A stretch of DNA of 64,000 nucleotides from Patescibacteria group bacterium (GCA_041650895.1 JBAZKF010000001.1:209685-273684); one strand, 5' to 3'. Shown: positions 27,684 through 36,846, counted from the stretch's first letter. Made by a program: numbers and translations. The notes: generated by a model from the letters alone, not told the origin.

Positions 27684-27705
27684 GCTCCCCCGAATGGGGG
27701 TTTTA
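27684..27705 (+). terminator. Intrinsic terminator (CTCCCCC-gaat-GGGGG followed by TTTT)
   Basis: Read directly. Confidence 0.6.
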
Positions 27706-27718
27706 AATTACAAAAATT

Positions 27719-27919
27719 ATGTCTTTCACCGAAAATACAGCTAAATATTTGAAAGATTCCTATGCCGAGATGAAAAATGTCACTTGGCCGACCAAAAAAG
27801 AAATAAAACAGCACACTATTCTGGTGATTGGGATTTCTCTGGCCGTAGCCCTGTTTTTGGGCCTGGTGGATTTTCTTCTGACAGTAGGACTGGAAAATCT
27901 GATTAATTTTGTTAAATAA
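27719..27919 (+). CDS. secE: Preprotein translocase subunit SecE
   Basis: 66 aa; the motif NVTWPTKKE and a C-terminal TM helix; lies immediately upstream of nusG. Confidence 0.8.
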   Translation: MSFTENTAKYLKDSYAEMKNVTWPTKKEIKQHTILVIGISLAVALFLGLVDFLLTVGLENLINFVK

Positions 27920-28044
27920 TTCACTAAATAGCACATTAAGTCAGTAAAGTCCGAGTCTGTAAAGCCCTATGAGGTTATTGAGATTACTACGAATCAATAC
28001 CACTAACTTTGGGCTTTCTGCTTATAACTTTACAAATTAAATTT

Positions 28045-28590
28045 ATGGCCAAACAAACATTGCAACTTGGCAGACGCTGGTATGTCATCCACACCTACTC
28101 CGGTCTGGAGGAAGCCGTGGAGCACAACCTCAAACAGCGTATTGAATCCATGGACATGGAAGACAAAATCTTCAATGTCATAATCCCCAAAGAGAAAAAA
28201 ATCCGCATCAAAAACGGCAAAAGAAAAATCGTGGAAGAAAAAATCTACCCCGGCTACGTGCTGGTGGAGATGATTGTTACCGATGATTCCTGGTATGTGG
28301 TGCGCAACACGCCGCACGTTACCGGCTTTGTCGGCTCCGGCAACACCCCGACTCCCGTCTCCGAAGAGGAAGTCAAGTCCCTGCAGAAACGCATGGGTGT
28401 TAACGAACCGGAATTCCAAATTGATATCGCCGCCGGCGACCCGGTCAGAATTGTGGACGGACCATTCAAGAATATGGAAGGAAAAGTTGAGGAAATAGAC
28501 GAGACCAGAGGCAAGATCAAAGTCATGATCAATATGTTCGGACGCGAAACGCCGGTAGAATTGGACTTTTTGCAAATTAAGAAAATTTAA
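28045..28590 (+). CDS. nusG: Transcription termination/antitermination factor NusG
   Basis: NGN domain (RWYVIHTYSGLE...) and C-terminal KOW (GDPVRIVDGPFKNMEGKVEEID). The track ORF begins 36 bp earlier; the ATG at 28045 (MAKQT) is preferred. Confidence 0.9.
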   Translation: MAKQTLQLGRRWYVIHTYSGLEEAVEHNLKQRIESMDMEDKIFNVIIPKEKKIRIKNGKRKIVEEKIYPGYVLVEMIVTDDSWYVVRNTPHVTGFVGSGNTPTPVSEEEVKSLQKRMGVNEPEFQIDIAAGDPVRIVDGPFKNMEGKVEEIDETRGKIKVMINMFGRETPVELDFLQIKKI

Positions 28591-28704
28591 TAATTAATAT
28601 AAATAAACGATACTCTTGCAAGAGGCGACTCTCGTCCGACTCGGGTTGGACAAGCAAAGGGGTCTAGTTCGCGACTTAATCGCGAGCTTTACGAACTTAA
28701 ATTT
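28591..28704 (+). promoter_or_regulatory. Structured leader upstream of rplK-rplA with three hairpins (CTCTTG/CAAGAG, GTCC...GGAC, TCGCGA-cttaa-TCGCGA); candidate L1/L11 autoregulatory leader
   Basis: Hairpins read directly; the function is inferred from its position in the L11 operon. Confidence 0.35.
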
Positions 28705-29130
28705 ATGGCTAAAAAGATCAAGACAATCATCAAACTGCAAATCCCCGGCGGGGCAGCCAATCCAGCGCCTCCGGTCGGCCCGGCTTTGGGCCAGCACGGC
28801 CTTAATATCGCCGAATTCTGCCAAAGATTCAACGCGGCCAGCCAAGATCGCCAAGGTGAAATCACTCCGGTAGAAATCACGGTTTATGAAGACCGCTCCT
28901 ATGATTTCATCCTGAAAATCGCTCCAGCTTCCGCTTTAATCAAAAAAGCCATCGGCCTGGAAAAAGGTTCCGGCAAATCCCTTAAGGAGAAAGTCGGCAA
29001 AATCACCAAAAAACAAATCCGCGAAGTGGCCGAAAAGAAACTGCCTGATTTAAATACTACCAGTGTTGAAGCTGCCATGAAAACCATTGAAGGCACCTGC
29101 AAACAAATGGGCGTGGAAGTCGTAGATTAA
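28705..29130 (+). CDS. rplK: 50S ribosomal protein L11
   Basis: [35 protein letters not shown]... is canonical L11. Confidence 0.95.
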   Translation: MAKKIKTIIKLQIPGGAANPAPPVGPALGQHGLNIAEFCQRFNAASQDRQGEITPVEITVYEDRSYDFILKIAPASALIKKAIGLEKGSGKSLKEKVGKITKKQIREVAEKKLPDLNTTSVEAAMKTIEGTCKQMGVEVVD

Positions 29131-29210
29131 AACCGATAATTTCCAGTCAAAAATAATAACTAAATAAGTGGGAGAGCAATGTTTGCTCGTTAGAACCACA
29201 AAATAAAATT

Positions 29211-29909
29211 ATGAAAAAAGTAGATCACAAGCCATCCAAAAGATTTTTGGCGGCTAAGGAACTGGTAGACACCAAAAAGTCCTACCCCATCAGCGAAGCC
29301 GTTGAGTTGGCCAAAAAAACCTCAACCGTCAAATTTGACGCGTCAGTGGAAGTCCATGTCAACCTGGGAATCAACCCCAAAAAAACCGAACAGCAGGTCA
29401 GAAGTTCAGCCGCTCTGCCTAACGGCACCGGCAAATCAATTAAAGTGGCTGTTATTTCCACTAACGGCGATCAAATCAAAGCTGCCAAAACTTCCGGAGC
29501 CGACCTGTCCGGCGATCAAGATCTGGTTAACGAAATCAAAACCGGAAAAATCAACTTTGATGTTCTGGTGGCTACACCTGAAGCCATGAAACTTTTGGCA
29601 CCGATCGCTAAAATTCTTGGACCCAAGGGCCTGATGCCTAATCCTAAGGATGGCACCGTTACCAATAATGTGGCCGAAGCTGTAATCAACTTGAAAAAGG
29701 GCAAGGTTACTTTCAAAAACGACGACAGCGGCAACATTCATGTGGCTATCGGCCGTTCCTCGTTTGAAACCGCTCAGCTGGCAGAAAACTATCAGGCCTT
29801 CATAGACGCCCTTAGTAAAGCCAAACCCGCCGCCGCCAAAGGCACTTTTATCAAAAGCGTGACTCTTTCCACAGCTATGGGCCCCGGCATCAAGGTTAAT
29901 TTACAATAA
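29211..29909 (+). CDS. rplA: 50S ribosomal protein L1
   Basis: 232 aa with the conserved L1 core (VHVNLGINPKK...GKSIKVAV...). Confidence 0.95.
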   Translation: MKKVDHKPSKRFLAAKELVDTKKSYPISEAVELAKKTSTVKFDASVEVHVNLGINPKKTEQQVRSSAALPNGTGKSIKVAVISTNGDQIKAAKTSGADLSGDQDLVNEIKTGKINFDVLVATPEAMKLLAPIAKILGPKGLMPNPKDGTVTNNVAEAVINLKKGKVTFKNDDSGNIHVAIGRSSFETAQLAENYQAFIDALSKAKPAAAKGTFIKSVTLSTAMGPGIKVNLQ

Positions 29910-29943
29910 ACAAATTGCGCGACCAAAAACCGATATATAATAT

Positions 29944-29970
29944 AAAAACCGCTTTTTAAAGCGGTTTTTA
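29944..29970 (+). terminator. Intrinsic terminator after rplA (AAACCGCTTT-ttaa-AAGCGGTTT followed by Ts)
   Basis: Read directly. rplJ-rplL do not follow here. Confidence 0.7.
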
Positions 29971-30076
29971 TATTCAACGGCCAAACTATTGACAAATTAT
30001 AATTAATTTGCTAATATATTAAGTTAGTTAATAGAACGTTAACAATTCAACCAACAACAGACGAAAGGGTAAAAAG

Positions 30077-30877
30077 TTGAATAGACATTGGCAATCCATA
30101 CTGGCGGTTATTTCCGGATCTTTCCTGGGCGCGCTTTTGGCGCTGGAAATCAATTCCCGGCTGGCTATCGGCTTTGCGCTTTGGCCACTGGGCATTATTG
30201 TCGGCGGACTGCTGTCTTACCTGATCTCCGACTTGCCGGCCTTGGCTGAGGGCTTGCGGTTGGCGCGGAGAAATACCGGAGCTTATTTTTCGACACGCAA
30301 AAAACGGACTAAAATCATTTTTCAAATATTGCTTTACATGCTAAGCCTGTCATTCAGCCTGGCTACAATCGCCTTTGTCTTTTTTAATCTTCTCAACTTA
30401 TGTATTATTCTGCCATTTTCCTATTTCTCAAAAACGATGCCGATACCAGAATCTGAAATATTTTTGTTGTCTATCGTTATAACGGCATTCGTAAATTTAA
30501 TGTTTTTTTCAGGGCTGAATTTTTTCTTCAGCAAAGAACCTTCGCCTGAAAATGTGCTATTAGGCATTAAAGGCTTTCATAAGAAGGCCAATCTATTGCA
30601 TCTGGTTAGAAACTTGCCGCGCCTGATCCCCAACATACTGCGCGAGATAGCCTATTCGCTGGTTGTTCTGGCGACTCTGGCGAAAAAAATCATCGTTTTG
30701 TCGTTTCTTTACATCCACACCAGAAACCGGGTCCTGTGTCTGGTAGACTCCGCCATTGGCGCCACCGCCGGCTTTGTCCTGGGCAGTCCCGCTATCGGCG
30801 CCATGGCCGGCTTGGCGATTTATGAGTTCAATCGCCAGATTGTCGCTCACCGCTGGCTCAGATTGGAAATCCGGTAA
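30077..30877 (+). CDS. Hypothetical polytopic membrane protein (TTG start)
   Basis: 266-aa hydrophobic ORF with an AAGGG motif 8 nt upstream. Confidence 0.4.
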   Translation: MNRHWQSILAVISGSFLGALLALEINSRLAIGFALWPLGIIVGGLLSYLISDLPALAEGLRLARRNTGAYFSTRKKRTKIIFQILLYMLSLSFSLATIAFVFFNLLNLCIILPFSYFSKTMPIPESEIFLLSIVITAFVNLMFFSGLNFFFSKEPSPENVLLGIKGFHKKANLLHLVRNLPRLIPNILREIAYSLVVLATLAKKIIVLSFLYIHTRNRVLCLVDSAIGATAGFVLGSPAIGAMAGLAIYEFNRQIVAHRWLRLEIR

Positions 30878-31021
30878 CGCCTTGCTCTTTTTCTCCTCCT
30901 CGAAATGTTCGGGGAGTTTTTTGTTCAAAAAGTAACCCTCTTGACAAACTCAATAACTGGCGCTATAATAAGCCAACAAGTTAACTGGAAATTTAAAACC
31001 GAAACGACAAGGAGAGAAACA

Positions 31022-31360
31022 ATGGCGGACGAGGCAAATGAAGAAAAAGAACCTTATGTTCCGTCGTGGAATCATTTCGGCTTCCGATTCTGCGTCAACC
31101 CAAATTTTATGCCCAGAGACTACCGAGTGTATTGCGAAAGAATCGCCAGAATCTTGACCGCCGACGGCCAACTATTTGAGAACTTAACGGAAGGAAAATT
31201 CCAAATCGGGACCGGCAACGATTATTGGATTAGACGGGGCAAACTGTATAACGAGCTGGTCGTCAGTTGCCGCTATCCCGATCAGAAAAAAATGGAAATC
31301 CTTCTGAAGGCGATTCTTCTTTTGTTGAATCTTGAGCCATACAACCAGATTGAAATCTGA
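31022..31360 (+). CDS. Hypothetical protein (112 aa)
   Basis: An AAGGAGAG Shine-Dalgarno lies 6 nt before the ATG at 31022 (MADEANEEKEPY...). The track ORF started further upstream at 30905. Confidence 0.5.
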   Translation: MADEANEEKEPYVPSWNHFGFRFCVNPNFMPRDYRVYCERIARILTADGQLFENLTEGKFQIGTGNDYWIRRGKLYNELVVSCRYPDQKKMEILLKAILLLLNLEPYNQIEI

Positions 31361-31382
31361 CAAAGGATACCACCGGCACACT

Positions 31383-31412
31383 CCCCGATTTTTAATCGGG
31401 GGTTTTATTTTT
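31383..31412 (+). terminator. Intrinsic terminator (CCCCGATT-ttt-AATCGGGG followed by a T-run)
   Basis: Read directly. Confidence 0.7.
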
Positions 31413-31534
31413 CAAAAAAATCAGGGAGTTGCGGGAAAAGCGATCTTTCTGCTAAAATAACAAATATATCATGGCCATGGCTGACTTGACTATCAATTAA
31501 TGAATAATAAAACGAATCCGCATAACAATTAACT

Positions 31535-32104
31535 ATGCCAAAACAAAAAACCGCTAAAATCGTGCTGGGACTGATTGGAGAAATCGCCGCCGGCAAAGAC
31601 ACCGTAGCCGACTACTTGAAAAAAAATTACCATTCCCAAACAGTCAGCTTTTCCCAGCCATTGCGCGATATTCTGAATCGGCTATACCTGCCGATAAATC
31701 GAAAAAACATGGACGACTTGGGCATAAGCTTACGACAAGCCTTCGGCCAGGATCTGCTTTCGCGCGTTATTTACGCTGAGGTCAAACAAACTAAATCAAA
31801 ATTGGTGGTTCTGCCCAATATCCGCCTGGAATCAGATATGGTTTATCTCAAAACCCTGCCGGAATTCTATTTGGTCAGCGTTGACTGCGATACCAAAACC
31901 CGCTTCGCCCGTTTAAAAAAACGCCGGCAGAACGCCGACGACAGAACCAAAACCTGGCGGCAATTCCTTAGCGACTCGCGGGTTCCGCTTCAACAGCAAA
32001 TCAGGCGAATCGCCAAACGGGCAAAATTCCAGCTTGACAACAACGGCACCAAGCAAGAACTATTCCGACAGATTGAACAGCTGATGAAAGACATCAAAAA
32101 ATAA
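31535..32104 (+). CDS. P-loop NTPase, putative nucleoside/nucleotide kinase (CoaE/dNK-like)
   Basis: Walker A LGLIGEIAAGKDTVADYL. It lies upstream of tmk-thyX. Confidence 0.45.
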   Translation: MPKQKTAKIVLGLIGEIAAGKDTVADYLKKNYHSQTVSFSQPLRDILNRLYLPINRKNMDDLGISLRQAFGQDLLSRVIYAEVKQTKSKLVVLPNIRLESDMVYLKTLPEFYLVSVDCDTKTRFARLKKRRQNADDRTKTWRQFLSDSRVPLQQQIRRIAKRAKFQLDNNGTKQELFRQIEQLMKDIKK

Positions 32105-32258
32105 GGAGCATCATCGCCATCACTGATGATTTTGACTTAACCTTATTTATGTGCTAAATTTATCCAACAATTTAGCACTTTAACAACGCGACTTTAACCG
32201 CAAAACTAAGGCAAAATCGTCCTGATTAATAACTTGGACGAAACCGGAAAGGAAAAAT

Positions 32259-32984
32259 ATGATTATTTCTTTTGAGGGCATTGAGTGCGCCGGCAAGGGC
32301 GTACAAATTAAAAAAACCGCCGCTTATTTGCGTGACCTTGGTTTGAATTTGGCAATTATGCGCGAACCGGGTGGCACACTTTACGGCGAGGCTATTCGGA
32401 AACTATTGAAGAATCCAAAAGAAACCATCCATGCCATTAACCAGGAATTTGCCGACCATGCCGATTACACTGCAGACACCGCCCCGGCGAAAAACCAAGA
32501 TTTTTCCCGCACCATGGCTTGCGAACTGTTTTTATTTTTGGCCAGTCGGGCCGAATTTATGGCAAAAGCCGTCAAACCGGCTCTAGTAGAAGGCAAAATA
32601 GTCTTATGCGATCGCTTAGGCGATTCCTCTGTCGCCTATCAAGGCGGCGGGCATGCCAATGGCGATCCAGCGACAGTCAAATTCATTTCCGACGCCAACC
32701 GCTTTGCCCTGCAAGGCGCTAATCCCGACCTGACATTATTCATTGATATTCCAATTGAAACGATGGAAGAACGACTGGCTAAAGAGCATCCCGACAAACT
32801 GGCCTTTTTTGAACGGAAATACGGAAAGGATTTTTTTGAACGAGTCAGGAATATGTACGGACAAATCGCCCGGCAAGAACCCGAACGGATCAAAGTAATT
32901 GACGGCACCGGCACCAAAGAAGAAGTGTTTGAACGGATAAAACAACAATTGGCTGCCTTAATCGGCAAAAACCAAGGAGCATAA
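32259..32984 (+). CDS. tmk: Thymidylate kinase
   Basis: ISFEGIECAGKGVQ, REPGGT, and LCDRLGDSSVAYQGGG (DRY-like/lid region). Confidence 0.9.
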   Translation: MIISFEGIECAGKGVQIKKTAAYLRDLGLNLAIMREPGGTLYGEAIRKLLKNPKETIHAINQEFADHADYTADTAPAKNQDFSRTMACELFLFLASRAEFMAKAVKPALVEGKIVLCDRLGDSSVAYQGGGHANGDPATVKFISDANRFALQGANPDLTLFIDIPIETMEERLAKEHPDKLAFFERKYGKDFFERVRNMYGQIARQEPERIKVIDGTGTKEEVFERIKQQLAALIGKNQGA

Positions 32985-32986
32985 AA

Positions 32987-34030
32987 ATGAAAAACACGGT
33001 TGAACTCTTAGCCGTAAAAACCGCCGGACCGGAAATACTGGATGCGACCGGACAACCGATTGACCAACTGAAGTTGGTAGAACTGGCCGGCCGAACCTGC
33101 TACAAATCGCAAGCTAAGATTACCGCCGACTCTGCCCAACGCTTTGTGGGCGCCTTGATCAAAAGCGGCCATGAGGCCATGATAGAATTCTCTTGGCTGA
33201 CTTTCAAATTCCACCAAAAGAACTTACCCAATCTCCAACGATGGCTGATTGATGTCCTCAAGTCAAATGCTCATGTTATTGTGACGGGAGCAGAAGAATC
33301 ATTTTTAATCAGCGGTAATTTCCGATCATTCCGTGACATCTTCCGATCCATTCCTTTGAGTTTGGATTATAATGAGAACTCAATTATTTATTTGTTTCTG
33401 GCTAAGCACTATCCGAAAATTATTGAGGGCTGGATAGCGGCTGAAGCCAAGGAGCTTTACCCCAGCCAACAGGAACATGATTATTGGTATGAGAGTTGTG
33501 CCGAAGACGGCTTCTATAATCTTTCCGGAGTTGCTCTGACTGATGAGGAAAAAATCAAACATTACTGGGCGGCCGCCCGCTTTGTCGGCTCCCGCGCCTT
33601 TACCCATCAGCTTGTCCGCCATCGTCGCTCGTCCTTCGCGCAAGAATCGCAACGTTATTGCGATGAGAGAGGCTTTATTGAAAACGAATATTTCATCGTA
33701 CCGCCATCCATCGAAGAAGCTAAGTTGGCTGAGCTGTATCTGTCGCAATTAAAAGAAAGCAATTCCATGTACCAAAAACTGCTTAATCTAATGGAACAAA
33801 CCGGATTAACGGGCAAAAAACTCAAAGAAGACGCCCGCTTTATGTTGCCCAACGCCGTAGCTTCGGAAATCTGCATGGCTGGAAATTTGGAGCAATGGTT
33901 TCGGGTGTTCAAATTGCGTTTGGACTCCCATGCCCAATGGGAAATCCGTGGCGTGATAGGAGAATTCCAGAAACAATTATTTGCGGCCATACCCGAAGCC
34001 CAAAACCTATATGAAAAATTCTTAGGATAA
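32987..34030 (+). CDS. thyX: Flavin-dependent thymidylate synthase ThyX (long form, 347 aa)
   Basis: The ThyX signature RHRRSSFAQESQRY. An AAGGAG Shine-Dalgarno precedes it, and the stop of tmk is 2 bp upstream. Confidence 0.9.
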   Translation: MKNTVELLAVKTAGPEILDATGQPIDQLKLVELAGRTCYKSQAKITADSAQRFVGALIKSGHEAMIEFSWLTFKFHQKNLPNLQRWLIDVLKSNAHVIVTGAEESFLISGNFRSFRDIFRSIPLSLDYNENSIIYLFLAKHYPKIIEGWIAAEAKELYPSQQEHDYWYESCAEDGFYNLSGVALTDEEKIKHYWAAARFVGSRAFTHQLVRHRRSSFAQESQRYCDERGFIENEYFIVPPSIEEAKLAELYLSQLKESNSMYQKLLNLMEQTGLTGKKLKEDARFMLPNAVASEICMAGNLEQWFRVFKLRLDSHAQWEIRGVIGEFQKQLFAAIPEAQNLYEKFLG

Positions 34031-34046
34031 TCAGCACTTTAACCAA

Positions 34047-34072
34047 CCGTCGATCGCCATCGACGGTTTTTT
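34047..34072 (+). terminator. Intrinsic terminator after thyX (CCGTCGA-tcgcca-TCGACGG followed by TTTTTT)
   Basis: Read directly. Confidence 0.75.
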
Positions 34073-34236
34073 AGACACAAAAAAACCCAGCTATTGGGCC
34101 TGTTAAAGAATCCTCTTGGGGTTTTTTTAGACGCTATCTTCAACTGTCTTCGATTAATTTCAGGACTTTAGGACCGACAATAACTTTTCTTTTAATCATA
34201 ATCAATGATTAGTTAAATTTTAAAAAAAATCCGGTT

Positions 34237-34399
34237 TTATGCCTTTTTAGATAAACTGACAATAATAAATCCTATTCCAGACAAAATAGAAGCAATATCA
34301 TAAGCTAAAACTGTCCCATCATCAATAATATTTAGCAGTCCATTTAATAACAACAGGATGCCGATAATTATTAATGTAATTTTTATTGTCTTGCTCATA
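34237..34399 (-). CDS. Possible small hydrophobic protein (53 aa) missed by the 60-aa ORF cut-off
   Basis: Translated by hand as MSKTIKITLIIIGILLLLNGLLNIIDDGTVLAYDIASILSGIGFIIVSLSKKA. Confidence 0.2.
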
Positions 34400-34440
34400 A
34401 TAATATGTTAAATTATTTTTTAAAGTTAAAGACCGAATTT

Positions 34441-34547
34441 CGCTGAATGTATCGGCATCATCCGAAGTTGCTTAGTAATTTGGGTGTAACGAAGCGGAAC
34501 CGGATATGCCGTGTTAGGCGACCCGCAGGGCTTGCGTATTTTTGAAA
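34441..34547. repeat. Degenerate third copy of the tail region of the structured repeat family (contains the GTTAGGC core-like motif at 34513-34519), downstream of gene 34661-35323
   Basis: cgctgaa-tgtatcgg...ccgtgttaggcgacccgcagggcttgcgt aligns with the tail of copy A (35612-35655). Confidence 0.45.
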
Positions 34548-34660
34548 GATTTATCCTTATTATTAGTTTTTTGGTGGGCTTTTTATTATTGTATTTGATT
34601 TTTTTGTTTTGAAAAATGGAAGAGGGGCTGGGAGTGAATTACATCTTTCAAAACTCCTTA

Positions 34661-35323
34661 TCATTCTGGCCATACTAAACCATCTGCCGGTTCATCAGGA
34701 TAATAATCTTCCTTATCATATGATTCATTCATTTTTATGCTGTCGTATTCACTGAGTAAATCTCTAAAATTTTTCCAAAATTCTTGTAAAACATCAAAAG
34801 CTCTTTCGTTTTCCAATAAGGAAACCCGGCATGAAAAAGTACGCACATCTTTAGGTTCAGTATTTTCATCGCCATAAATTGTACCCTCTCGTGAATGTAC
34901 TTTTTCAAATAAAACTACTTCCTTTTTAAAAAATCCGTTTGTTTTATTGACTGATTTCAACAACACATCTTCTAAGAATTGTACAATTTCATTATTTTCT
35001 ACTTCGGAAACTTTCTCCCGTGGCGCAGAAAATGTTAGAGATGGATTTTTTGGGCGCTTATTTTCCTTAAATTCCGGGAGAACGGCTTTGTATGCAATTG
35101 AACCATCTTGCTTTACGTGTCCAGAACAGGAGTCTATGGTTATTATATCCGTATTTGGAAACTTTGTTTGCATTATTCTGTTAAGTCTCTTGAGTATATT
35201 CTGGATGGGCTTATCCGCACCTTGAATTTCTTCCCATATCCCTCTCTCTTCAGGAGTAATTGGCTGAAGAATTTCCTCTGGCGCTTCTTCATTTTTATAA
35301 GCAAATTTGTATTCCATGTTCAT
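34661..35323 (-). CDS. Hypothetical protein (220 aa); cassette-like gene 1
   Basis: ORF only. Confidence 0.5.
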   Translation of the reverse strand: MNMEYKFAYKNEEAPEEILQPITPEERGIWEEIQGADKPIQNILKRLNRIMQTKFPNTDIITIDSCSGHVKQDGSIAYKAVLPEFKENKRPKNPSLTFSAPREKVSEVENNEIVQFLEDVLLKSVNKTNGFFKKEVVLFEKVHSREGTIYGDENTEPKDVRTFSCRVSLLENERAFDVLQEFWKNFRDLLSEYDSIKMNESYDKEDYYPDEPADGLVWPE

Positions 35324-35471
35324 ATAATTTATATTAGTTTTTCTGCTCCCTAAAAATAGAAAAACCCATTATTACCCTCTCTAATTAATTAAAAAAATAA
35401 AATTTTCTGTCCCTGTTTATCTCACAAAACTCTAAATTTTCACCAAGATAAAAAATTTATTTCGTTGGATG

Positions 35472-35740
35472 AATGAGCCGCGCTTATACAATGTGCCCGA
35501 GCCGCGCGAGCGAGCGAAGGGCATTTTGTATAAGCGTTGTTCGGCGATGTCGCAAAGCGACGAGACAACAACGCTGTAAGCGCGGCTCATTCAGCGACGA
35601 GCGAAGCGATGTCGCTGAAAACATATCGGTTTAGGCGCAGTTGCGTCAACTCATTTTGTAGAACAAGACAGAAGCCGAACAAATCATACGAGCCTAGAAG
35701 CAATTGCGCTTAAACCGTGTTAGGTGACGTAATAATAATT
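35472..35740. repeat. Structured repeat element, copy A: a ~150-bp core with nested perfect inverted repeats plus a ~120-bp tail ending in GTTAGGT (35719-35725) beside the stop codon of gene 35743-35970
   Basis: Core IRs: AATGAGCCGCGC/GCGCGGCTCATT, GCGTTGTT/AACAACGC, GTCGC-aaa-GCGAC, CAGCGAC...GTCGCTG. Near-identical to copy B apart from a 24-bp internal partial duplication. Confidence 0.7.
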
Positions 35741-35742
35741 TG

Positions 35743-35970
35743 TTATTCAATTATACCTGCCGCTTTTAATCCTTCTAAAAGTTGTTGGTAGTCTTCTGGG
35801 GGCCATTCCCCTTCTTTTTCTCCCTTAGCGCATGCTTCGATGGTGTCTATTATTTTTTGAAAAGTTTCAGCATCTACTATGTGTTTACTTTTTAATTTTC
35901 TAAAATGGTCGACTGATTTTCTAATTTTATCATCTAATGGTCTTGTTTCAAGCCCACTTTTGTTTTCCAT
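35743..35970 (-). CDS. Hypothetical protein (75 aa); cassette-like gene 2, flanked on both sides by the structured repeat
   Basis: ORF only. Confidence 0.5.
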   Translation of the reverse strand: MENKSGLETRPLDDKIRKSVDHFRKLKSKHIVDAETFQKIIDTIEACAKGEKEGEWPPEDYQQLLEGLKAAGIIE

Positions 35971-36006
35971 AGGTATAAAATTACTAATTAATTAGTTATA
36001 TCACCT

Positions 36007-36335
36007 AATGAGCCGCGCGAGCGAGCGAAGGGCATTTTGTATAAGCGTTGTTCGGCGATGTCGCAAAGCGACGAGACGACAACGCTGTAAGCGCGGCTCA
36101 TTCAGCGACGAGCGAAGCGATGTCGCTGAACGCTTGCGTGTATCTGAAGTTTTTATCCCGACTTTAACGGAATAATTTTGATTATCAGGTATACGCTTTT
36201 AATACCAACTCCACCCAAACCCTCATCTTGATAAGGGATAAAAATTTGGGCGGAGGAAAATTGGCATTCCTTAAGGATTTAATTAACGCCAATTTTCCGT
36301 AACCAGATACACACTGTTATGTGACGTAGCCAGAA
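36007..36335. repeat. Structured repeat element, copy B (core 36007-36130, about 97% identical to the copy A core; divergent tail ending with GTTATGT at 36316-36322)
   Basis: Aligned by eye. Confidence 0.7.
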
Positions 36336-36368
36336 AGTTCTTCTTCCTTAATGTATTTTTTTGGCAAT

Positions 36369-36650
36369 TTATTTCTTAGAGTCGTGACTGCTAATCTGAC
36401 CCCAGGTAGCGTCTTCTGGTAAGCCACGCTCAGAAGCTTGTCTCTTGCGAGCAGCTTCTGAATCTACATCTCTAATCTGATCCCAGGTAGCGTCTTCTGG
36501 TAAGCCATGCTCAGAAGCTTGTCTCTTGCGAGCAGCTTCTGAATCTACATCTCTAATCTGATCCCAGGTAGCGTCTTCTGGTAAGCCATGCTCAGAAGCT
36601 TGTCTCTTGCGAGCAGCTTCTGAATCTAAACTTGGTCCTTTTTCAATCAT
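36369..36650 (-). CDS. Small tandem-repeat protein: three copies of a 28-aa unit (DSEAARKRQASEHGLPEDATWDQIRDV), encoded by 84-bp DNA tandem repeats; cassette-like gene 3
   Basis: Repeats read directly from the ORF translation and the DNA. Confidence 0.55.
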   Translation of the reverse strand: MIEKGPSLDSEAARKRQASEHGLPEDATWDQIRDVDSEAARKRQASEHGLPEDATWDQIRDVDSEAARKRQASERGLPEDATWGQISSHDSKK

Positions 36651-36846
36651 AGTAATGTTGGTTAAATATTTAACTGTTTATATTATACATAAGTTATGCC
36701 GACCGCCGAAATAAATTACCAAAAAAACTTAAAAAATAATAAAGAAATTTCTGGCTATTTCACATAACAGGTTATAAACCAACTTTTTGATTATTTACTT
36801 AAAAAAAGCTAAAATAAATTAATAAACTTTAATCCATAAGAGGGGT

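Noticed and set aside
28030-28575. 181-aa minus-strand ORF, plus other ORFs of 60-140 aa overlapping nusG, rplK and rplA on either strand
   Set aside because: They overlap highly conserved ribosomal and NusG genes, so they are spurious.
36312-36775. 12-bp inverted repeat CTGTTATGTGA / TCACATAACAG flanking gene 36369-36650, as possible recombination sites
   Set aside because: An exact 12-mer inverted match within ~500 bp is expected by chance a few times in 64 kb of AT-rich DNA, so it is not significant on its own.
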